Assembly (NCBI GenBank): GCA_002269645.1
Contig: NIVC01001901.1
Coordinates: 62,001-126,000, forward strand
Source of the DNA: Macrostomum lignano
Taxonomy: Eukaryota
Length of the DNA: 64,000 nt
Direction of reading: 5' to 3'
Shown here: one piece after another, positions 1-9,648 of the stretch
Position numbering within the stretch: position 1 is the stretch's first letter
Layout of the letters: each line of letters begins with the position of its first letter
The notes under the pieces: model-generated
Seen by the model: only the letters and a program-made list of their open reading frames with translations
The model's database searches: none
What the model was told of the DNA's origin: nothing
Position numbers and translations under genes: made by a program

Positions 1-959
1 GATCCTTAAAATCAGTTTAGAGTTGAAGAAGGCGTATATTATATTTGACTAACATCCTTCCAAACGGATCCTATATATACACTTTCGTTGTTAAGATAAT
101 TTAAATGGGGAGATTGTAGGCCTATTGTAATTGTATGAAGGTGATCGCAGGACGAAACTGGAGGGAGATATCAGATATATATTTCGTTTTATGATCACAT
201 CAGTGGTAAAATTACGGGTAGGGGATCATAGCACAAAATTAAGTGAAACTGATTGTAAACTAACAATTAATGTTATTCCTAAAAATCACTAGGTCTAATG
301 ATCTGGAAATATTTTAGAAATAACTTAGATTCCTAGAAAAATCCTGGAAAACCCTAAAAAATCTAAAAATTTAAAATTAAAATTGTGTAGACACCCTGGC
401 TTTAATGAAAATTTTATATTGTTGCTAATTAAAAAACTAAAGCCTACTACATAAAATAGGTCTATTGTTTATATGGTAAAGGCCTAACTATATATTTTCC
501 TTAAACCATTTTGGCCAAAGATATTTTGCCCCTTGACCATTTTGCTTATAGACCATACATGACCAACCTCAAAATTTCACCTGTCCAGTGCAACTTAGTT
601 TTGTCCAAATTTGCGACTTACCTATGTACCACCACACTAAAAGACCGGGGGGGGGGGTGGCATGCATTTCGTGCTTATGCTTATTGAAAAATGGAAATAC
701 CTCATTTCTCTTCCCTTTTCCTACCTTTACTCTCTTTCTTGATTGATTTATCTTTTACTTATTCACTTATATGTAGTACTAAACTGCACTGTAGCCTGTA
801 CCCTATAGGCTATACTGTACTGTATGTCTGGCAAACTAACTTGTATATATACACTCATGCACTCAATGGTATAAATTCTTTGAGTCATTATATACTTCAC
901 TTAAAGATAGATCTGCACCTGACTATACGAGCGTATATTGAATCTTATACATGAATAGG

Positions 960-1650
960 ATGAAAATGGCCATGAAGACTATTCCATCAACTAGTGTCCC
1001 CTTTCTGCAACTGAAGAGCAAAAGCCATTGCTCTTTATATGATGGAAACTTGGTCATGCGACTCTTGGAGAAGTTAATGATTGTTGTGATATGCATTGGA
1101 TATTAAAAGAAAATTTACCAGCAATCTTAAGTGCAGCCTGGGGGATCAGGTGATGGTGTAGCTGCAGCACATTCAATAGAACTAGAAGCACCACCATCCC
1201 AATGTTTAGCAAGCTTACACAGAGAGGGACTGTTAATGGCAGTACAAAATCCAGAGGTTGTTGTTTTTAATAAAGATCTATCTATGCAAAAAATTGAAAT
1301 TCATGGTGCAGATACAACAACATTACTCTTCTTGAGTAATGTCACTTAAAAAAGAAGCTGTTTTTGAAATAAAGAAGAAACTAGAAGTCTTGAGACAGAA
1401 TTTGTACGACGGTGCACTGCTCATGCTAAATCTATTGCTATAGAATCTTGACCATCAACTGATGCTAGTACTGAAGCGCAGATCCAACTACAACACAGCC
1501 ATTCATTTGGACTCAGATTCGGAGACTGCGACTGATGGCCAAAGAAGTGAGAGTCCTCCAAGAAAAAGATATATTTATAGTTTATCAAAAAGGATTTTGA
1601 TGAAGTTCAGTCTCATGAAGAGATTTTGATAGAGTTCATTTTTATGGAGA
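960..1650 (+). pseudogene. Probable decayed hAT-superfamily transposase fragment
   Basis: Broken frames give AKAIALYMMETW, LEKLMIVV with gttgtgatatgca (like VxDNA), SNLKC and AAAHSIEL (like CAAHxLxL), in the order expected for the hAT core. Many stops and frameshifts; motif recognition by eye only. Confidence 0.35.
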
Positions 1651-1679
1651 GAATTTTGATGGATTTGGCACATTAAATG

Positions 1680-2400
1680 AGTCAGAGAAAAAAATATAGA
1701 GAAGAATGAACAAATAGAGGAGAGATGATAGAGAAGAAAGTAGATATGAGAGAAGACAGATTAGAGATAACAGATGGGAGAGAAGAAAGGAGTAAGGTAG
1801 GAATGAAGAGGGAGAGAGAAGAGAAGACAAGAGAAGAGATGAGAGGGGAGTTATGAGATAGCAGAGAGGAGACAGGAGAGATTAGAGAAGAAAGGAGGGA
1901 TAAGAGCATACAGCTAAAATAAAAGAGAGGAGAGAGATAAAAGATCAGAGATGAGAGAGTTAAGAGAAGAAAGTAGTAAGGATAAAGAAAGAGGGTAAAG
2001 GTAAAAGTGCAGAGAAGACAAATGAAAGATGCAATGAGAAAAGATATGATTGAGAAAATAAGAGAGAAGAGATTAGAGATTAGAAAAGAGAAGAGACAAA
2101 GGGGAAAGATAGAATCGAGATGGTAGAAAGGAAGCAAGAAAGATGGGAGATAAGAAAGGAGAGGGTATAGGAGATATGATAAATGAGAGCAGAGAGGAGA
2201 GAGAAAAGAGAAGAGAGAGGGTATAGGAGAGACGATAGATAAGTGAGTAGAGATGAGATATGAGAGAGGAGAGAAGAGAGGAGACAGGAGACAGGAGAGG
2301 GTACAGACAAAACACAAAGGAGAAGAGATAAATAGAGGTAGAGAGGAGGAGGGAGAAGAGAGTAATGGTGAGAATGCAGAGAGGAGACATGAGAGTCTAA
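1680..2400. repeat. Purine-rich (GA) low-complexity tract
   Basis: Almost only A/G on the + strand; it produces the spurious S/L-rich minus-strand ORFs. Confidence 0.85.
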
Positions 2401-2515
2401 GTCTGGACAATGGAAGTCAGTTTTTGCAAACAGGGAAAACAAGATTTGATATTTGAAAGGCTGTACATTGGATTTTAAGACAATTTAGAATATGGGATTC
2501 AAGTTTCTCTCGATT

Positions 2516-2985
2516 ACAACTTAGTTCCTCTCAATTGCGACTTAGTTCCTCCCAATTGCAACTTAGTTCCTCTCAATTGCGACTTAGTTCCTCCCGATTG
2601 CGACTTAGTTCCTCCCGATTGCGACTTAGTTCCTCTCAATTGCAACTTAGTTCCTCCCAATTGCAACTTAGTTCCTCCCAATTGCAACTTAGTTCCTCCC
2701 AATTGCAACTTAGTTCCTCCCGATTGCGACTTAGTTCCTCCCAATTGTGACTTAGTTCCTCCTGATTGCAACTTAGTTCCTCCCGATTGCGACTTAGTTC
2801 CTCCCGATTGCGACTTAGTTCCTCCCAATTGCGACTTAGTTCCTCCCAATTGCGACTTAGTTCCTCCCAATTGCAACTTAGTTCCTCCCGATTGCGACTT
2901 AGTTCCTCCCAATTGTGACTTAGTTCCTCCTGATTGCAACTTAGTTCCTCCCAATTGCGACTTAGTTCCTCTCAATTGCGACTTA
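2516..2985. repeat. 21-bp minisatellite (GACTTAGTTCCTCCCAATTGC), about 22 copies
   Basis: Tandem units read directly from the sequence. Confidence 0.95.
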
Positions 2986-4520
2986 ATTTTCACTTTGTAT
3001 ATGACTTTTCTTGTCTTTTTCTCTTTTCTTTTCTTTCTCTTTCTTTTTCCTCTTTCCCCCCTCTCTCTTTTCTCCCTCATTTCTTTTCCTTTTCTCTTTC
3101 TCTCCTTTCTTTCTTCTCCCAATTTTTCATTTTTGTGTTTTTGATTTTGCAACTTACCTTGGCCAGCGGCCATTTCACCTGTTTGGTTCAGACAGGTTGG
3201 ACAGGTGTTGGGCATGTATGTTATAGACTGTTTTGTCCTAAAGCCAATTTAGTCACAAACTAATGTCTAATTTTGGCTTAAGTGGAGACAAATGCCTATA
3301 TAATATATTATTTGTTCAACTTTTATCCTTATAAGAAAAAGTTGTAAAATTGCAAATGGCATCCAGCGTGCTTTCAAAATTTTTCTTAAGTGCAATGCCT
3401 ACACAAGCGCATAGCACCTGTGCACACGCTGCCTTTTTCTGCTGGTTGCTGCTCTAGCAAATATATATATATAAATAAAGGTTTAATACCTTTGTGGAAA
3501 GGACCTATACACTTGTATTTTTTATATAATACTTAGAGTTGTTCAAAAACTTAGAGTTTTTTTTAAATTTGGAATTTTAAAGAGTGAATTTTGTTTTTAA
3601 AAAAATTTTGAAAGTCAAAATTTTGGAAGTGTGTAAAAAAGTGGCTAAAAAATAAACTAATTTGTGCTATAGTATAGATACATATATTTGGTTTTGCATA
3701 AGCAATAAATCAAGAGTAAAAGAGTGAGTTTTGGTCATACTAAACTTTGTTTTTTTTAATTTTGATTTCAGAAAATTTCAATTATGATTTTGGAAAGTTA
3801 GCAAATTTAGATTTTGATAGAAAATGATTTCTAATAATCCTAAAGTGTGGTAAAATAATTTCTCTTTTTCTAAAGCATGCATCAACAAGTTTTCAATATT
3901 TATTCCAATAGGGACTTTTATTAGTTGATAGATTTTTATTTTTGCAATTTTCTAGCCTAGGCCTATAAAATGTTTTATTCTTAGACCCATATAAGTATAA
4001 ACATTAAGAGTTTATATATTGGAATATGCCTTCATTTTGTAGATATCATCTAGCATGCCTAAGAAATTTTTCTATCTATCTATCTATCTAATATTAAACT
4101 TTGCTTGAATGATTTGTATCAATGGTATATATCAGTTTATAAATGACAGAATATATAATTGTCTTTTCTACTTAATAGTTTTTTTGTATTTTTGTAGCAT
4201 ATCAAAATATACGTTTACTATCACTGTCATCACTGTTACTAAAAAGGATTTTCATTTATCTACTTTACTTGACTTAGCTGCAGGGGGCTGCAGCTGCAGC
4301 ATCATTTATCTATCTATTAAGCTTTTTAAAGCCTATACTCTCAACAAAATATAATAGATCACTTCTTTAAAATTAAAATTATTTATGGTCTAGCCATAGC
4401 CTAACTATATAAATAGTCACAAATAGTCTATTATAGTATAGATTATAAAGTATTGCCAGTATTGGTATATTATATAAGTATAAGTATGGTATATATAAGT
4501 ATTGGTATATATATTATATA

Positions 4521-4874
4521 GAGGCCATAGCCTAGCAGTAGCGCAGCTGCTCTGGTGTGCTAGTGACCCAGGCTCGATTCCAAGTGCAGTCACATTAATT
4601 TGGGGCTGAATTGGAATCTTGGCTTGGCTCTGCTCATGCAATTAACAGCCTTGAGAGCCAACCTCCCAAGCCGCAGTGAAGTGTACATGCCTAACAATAA
4701 AAGTTAGGGCTGCTGTACACTCCTGTGTGAGTGTGTGCCTGCATATGTATCCACGCACTTGTATGTCTGCTTAGGGGAGTTGGCGGAATGGGCAGTAATG
4801 CCTCTTGCCAGTTGTGTGCCCATGTCACTTAAAGTGCACTAGGGTGCACACAACCCCCTGCCTCTAATAAAAAA
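4521..4874 (+). mobile_element. tRNA-derived SINE, copy 1, with 14-bp target site duplication
   Basis: A-box-like TAGCCTAGCAG (4528-4538), B-box-like GGCTCGATTCC (4571-4581), A-rich tail TCTAATAAAAAA. ATATATATTATATA flanks it at 4507-4520 and 4875-4888. Colinear with 49880-50236. Confidence 0.9.
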
Positions 4875-5383
4875 ATATATATTATATACCACATTGACAG
4901 TAGCTTTTTCTCCCTAGCCTCTTTGTTAGCATTAAGTTGAAATCTTATCTGGGTTATTTTTCTACAAGAGTAAAATCAAGTTTTTTAGTAAATTTAAGTT
5001 GCTAAAATAAACAATTGGCATTTCAATTGGCTATTTGTTTTTTTCTAAAATAAAGAAAACTTTAAATAGGTCCCAGCATACTGTTATTCAAGTTTCTGAA
5101 TTAATATAGGTTTTCTAAATAAAAAACTTGATTGTTGACAGTAGAAAATTGTATTATTTGTACTACTCATATCTGGTCCTAAGATGATACCTTTTCCTAG
5201 TACATGGCAGCCATATATTAGTAGGTAAGAATATAGGATAGTTTATTATCTACCTATTTATGAATAAATCTAGGAAAGATGCTGGTTGATCTGTTCCTGA
5301 TTTTAATATTAGTCCTTTCAATTCCCAGCTCTGTTGCACTAGCATAAAATTTTGCAACTGCAGAACAGTGTTGGCCTGTTACC

Positions 5384-6079
5384 ATGATGACCACCGAGCC
5401 CGAGTCGGCGCATCCAGTTGAACCGGGCGCTGGTCCCGGCGCCGCCGCGGCCGCCGCCGCAGCCGCCGCAGCCGCAGCCGCCGCCGCAGCCGTAGTGAAG
5501 CGGCCAGTGAATCCCTATCTATTGTGGGCCACGCCCAGGCGCAAAGAGATCGCCGCCCAGAATCCCAGACTGAACAACGCCGACATCAGTCGCCGCCTAG
5601 GCGAAGAGTGGAAAGCCCTATCGGCCGAGGCCAAGCAGCCATTCGTTGACGAGGCGACCAGATTGAAGGCGGCCTTCAAGTCCGCTTATCCGGACTACAA
5701 AAGCCAGCGCAAGCCCAAGAAGAGGCCGAAGGCTGGCCAGCAGCCGGCTGCCGCTGCCGCCACCGCTGCTACTCCGCAGCAGGCTTCAAGCGCAGCTAAG
5801 GTTGGCGCCGCTACGGCTCAGAAGCAGGCTAAGCTGTCCCCGCCAGCCCAGCAGCAGCAGCAGCAGCAGCTGCCTATTCAACAGCTGCAACAGCAGCCAG
5901 CCGCTATTGTTCAACAGCCTCAGCTGCTGCCGCCTCAGGTGCACCAGCTGCCAATTATGCCGCAGTACTACCACATGCCAACTGGGCCGCTGCATTATTA
6001 TCCTATAGCTACTCAGCAGCAGCCACAGCAGCTTCAATATCAACCATTCGCTGTTCACGACGCCGTGTACGGCATGTAT

Positions 6080-6111
<32 letters not shown>

Positions 6112-6217
6112 GCAGCAACAGCAGCAGACGCCTGGAACAACGCAGCAGCAGCAGCAGCCGCATTTAGCGGCTGTCACCAGCGAGGCTGGGTCCTGGCTAC
6201 TGTTCCAGCAGCCTTGA
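5384..6217 (+). CDS. Sox: Intronless, divergent Sox-family HMG-box transcription factor (277 aa) with 17-Ala N-terminal run and Q-rich C-terminus
   Basis: VKRPVNPYLLW...NPRLNNADISRRLGEEWKAL...KQPFVDEATRLK...YPDYK aligns with the Sox HMG box (about 5495-5730). Subgroup cannot be assigned. Confidence 0.9.
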
Positions 6218-7065
6218 AACTGAGAGCGCGATTCAATAGTCTTTTGGGAAGACAGGCTTTTTGGGGGAACAAAGTCAGAACAGTTTTTATTAATTTTTTT
6301 ATTTAAGAACCAGTTTGAGTGGCCCAGCACCGACACTTCCGTGAATCTCGCGCATCGGAACTTTATTGTTGCCTTGAAAATGTTGCAATCAAACTCGTAC
6401 TCGATTGCTCTGGTCCGACACCTGACATATTGTAAATATACTGATATTTAAGTTGCTAAGCTGTATTGGGGTGTGTACTGTCACACAGTTCCTGGTTGAA
6501 TTTATCAAAATTTATATTTGTTATTAATTAATTTGGTCTCCATGACAACGCGTTACTCGCATTGCTCCAGTTTCATTTTCGTATCTCTTCTTAATTACTT
6601 CAACTTTGCTTTTTTCATAAATCCAAACCAAAATTAATAGTCTAAGTGGCATTACTTTAGGTAGTAGTGTGTACTGCAAATTGCTCCGTTTTTTGGTTGC
6701 CTTTATTTGTCGGGCCAGAAACGAACATCTCCACGCGCTTTTTTTTCACAGTTTCCTGTCAATTTAGCAGCTGGTTACTGATTTGTTTTTGCTCCTAAAC
6801 CTTTTCTACCCCTTTTCTTAAAGTAAGTTTAACTTTGGTCAGTTTTTTAATCGCAACATTTTAAATTATTTGAAAAAATTGACCTAATTTCCTGTTTCTT
6901 ATCGACTATGTTTAAGCCGAAGGAGATCTGCTGTCAATCATAGTTTCTTTTGGGTTGTCGCTAAATACTTTTACGACCATTGACTGAATTGACTTTAGGA
7001 TCTCAAATCTAAGTCTCTTCAAAATGAGACCTTCTCGATAGGATGTTTTGCCAAACAGCAGAATG

Positions 7066-7620
7066 CCCCGTGGGATAGAATGAAGGAATCTCACCCCGTG
7101 GGATAGAATGCAGGAATCTCACCCTGTGAGATAGAATGCAGGAATCTCACCCCAATAGTCGGGAAGTCAGGAATCTCACCCCAATAGACAGGAAGTCAGG
7201 AATCTCACCCCAATAGACAGGAAGTCAGGAATCTCACCCCAATAGACAGGAAGTCAGGAATCTCACCCCAATAGTCAGGAAGTCGGGAATCTCACAACAA
7301 TAGTCAGGAAGTCGGGAATTTCACAACAATAGACAGGAAGTCGGGAATTTCACAACAATAGTCAGGAAGTCAGGAATCTCACAACAATAGACAGGAAGTC
7401 AGGAATCTCACAACAATAGACAGGAAGTCAGGAATCTCACCCCAATAGTCAGGAAGTCAGGAATCTCACCCCAATAGACAGGAAGTCGGGAATTTCACAA
7501 CAATAGACAGGAAGTCGGGAATTTCACAACAATAGTCAGGAAGTCAGGAATCTCACAACAATAGACAGGAAGTCAGGAATCTCACCCCAATAGTCAAGAA
7601 GTCAAGGATCTAATCCCAAT
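7066..7620. repeat. 29-bp minisatellite (AGGAATCTCACCCCAATAGACAGGAAGTC) with divergent units at the left edge
   Basis: Tandem units read directly from the sequence. Confidence 0.95.
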
Positions 7621-9132
7621 AGAAGTTTTACTTATTACTGTTACTTATTAGTAATCCATGTACTGTACATGCGTGTCAACCCTGTTTTATTTTGTTTGTT
7701 GCTATTTTTTGTTTATTTCTCCAACTATCTGCTGTAATTTTCTGTCTTTATCGAATTTTTCATCTTGCTGCTCAGTCGTTTTTTTCTTCTTTTTAGCTTA
7801 CAAAAATGTTTCTTAGCGCCTGGAGCGAATTCCGCTCCTTGGTGTAGCTCGCTTTATCAGCTAATGTGTATTTGATATGCCGGCCCCACTGTGCGTGTTT
7901 TTTATTAAGTAAACTGAAACAACTTTAAAATACATTTAAAAATTGCATATTTACTTGATAGTGTGCGATAATATATATTAGACGTAAGATAGACATAATT
8001 ATTCACCTGTGTACTGGCTTGTTTCTGTAATCTCTTCTGCATCGACTGCTCTTTTCGTAACTTATGTCATATTTATGTATGAGTATGCATATTTCTATTA
8101 TTAATAAGTCTAAATTAATCTATTTTTATATATGAGTTAAGCAACCAAAGTTTTAATTATAAGCATCTATAACTGGAAAAGACTTGTAGTACTTAAAGAA
8201 ATTGTCTTAATTATTAGACATCAACAAAAAGGTAAATACATTTCTCATTGGAATTCTCTAATGTTTTCTGTTCGGCTTCTATCCGGTTCGTCAGTGTTGT
8301 CTCCTTGGTGTTATTCTGGTGTATAGGTGAATCTAGCATCTGCACTCAATGGAATGGGGGAAGAGTTGGCACTAATTAAGCGATTATGTTTTGTTTAGAA
8401 TTTTGTATAAAATCTATTCGATTTGCGGTGCTTAATTTTATTTAATCACATTTTTATTTTCAAGCACTTGTCATCGAGTGCTCTTCCTTTGTCACTCTGT
8501 CCTTACTCAACTCCGAAGAATCAGTGACCACTGAGCCTGTAACAGCTACTATTATTGTTGAAATAAATTGTCCATAAACCGTAGCTTAACCCCTTCGCCA
8601 CCAGCTATTTCTTCTATTAATTATTATTACAGTAAAAATACTTTTTGCAATACTGTTTTTGCCTGTAATTATTTGCTTTACTACATCAAACAGTTTAAAT
8701 ATTAATAATATAACAACCTTGTGACAGCATTCAGTTTGTAGAATTTAACTTGCAAACACCATTTTTCTATTAGAAATTTGTTTGTGTGCTGTGCGTTTGA
8801 TTATTGCTAATGCAAAGCAGAACATAATTGTTGCGGCTTTAAAAGCACCGGCAAGCAAATTATACTTGCACTTTGTGTGCCTGTCTGTTAAGGCTTTTAT
8901 TGCACGCAAACGTTACGCAAATTTTTGTGTTTTGTAATTTCATTTAATTCTGACTGGCTAGAACCCTGTATTAAAAGTTTATGAATTTGGGTCGATCTTG
9001 AAATTTACTGATTGGCTGGAAATAGAGGAATAAGAATAATGTTTGATGATAAACTATAAATGTGTGATGACCTTGAAATAAAAAGTCAAATAAAAACAAA
9101 GTGACTGATACACTAGAATGGGAATGATCTTA

Positions 9133-9536
9133 ACTGATTGGCTAAAGCGGGAATGACATTGAACACTTGAAATTAGCTGATTGGCTGAAGCGGGAATGAC
9201 CTTGAAATTGAAATTAGCTGATTGGCTGAAGCGGGGATGACCTCGAAATTGAAATTAGCTGATTAGCTAAAGCGGGTTTGACCTTGAAATTGAAATTAGC
9301 TGATTGGCTGAAGCGGGGATGACCTCGAAATTGAAATTAGCTGATTAGCTAAAGCGGGTTTGACCTCGAAATTGAAATTATATGATTGGCTAAAGCGGGA
9401 ATGACATTAAACACTTAAAATTAGCTGATTGGCTGAAGCGGGAATGACCTTGAAATTGAAATTAGCTGATTGGCTGAAGCGGGGATGACCTCGAAATTGA
9501 AATTAGCTGATTGGCTTAAGCGGGAATGACCTTGAA
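9133..9536. repeat. 41-bp minisatellite, 10 units, 8 containing GATTGGCT (reverse CCAAT box), just upstream of ASZ1
   Basis: Unit GAAATTGAAATTAGCTGATTGGCTGAAGCGGGAATGACCTT read directly. Confidence 0.9.
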
Positions 9537-9648
9537 ATGAAAGGTCTCGCTAATGGCTAGAAATAGATGTTGCTAATTAGAGAATCAACAGTAAAACCAT
9601 GCGCTCTTTTTATGTCGCCACCCGAACAACAGATAAGCCCATCTGAAT

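Noticed and set aside
691-954. Short AT-rich ORFs (691-954, 4109-4354, 12170-12460, 24017-24253, 39341-39559 and similar)
   Set aside because: Non-coding composition, no motifs and no supporting splice structure.
1180-1260. Minus-strand PLDF...PSLCKLAKH resembling a hAT dimerisation motif
   Set aside because: Needs a frameshift and conflicts with the better-ordered plus-strand hAT motifs over the same bases.
6912-7094. Minus-strand 60-aa ORF as a retroelement remnant
   Set aside because: No recognisable RT or endonuclease motif; its start lies in the repeat edge.
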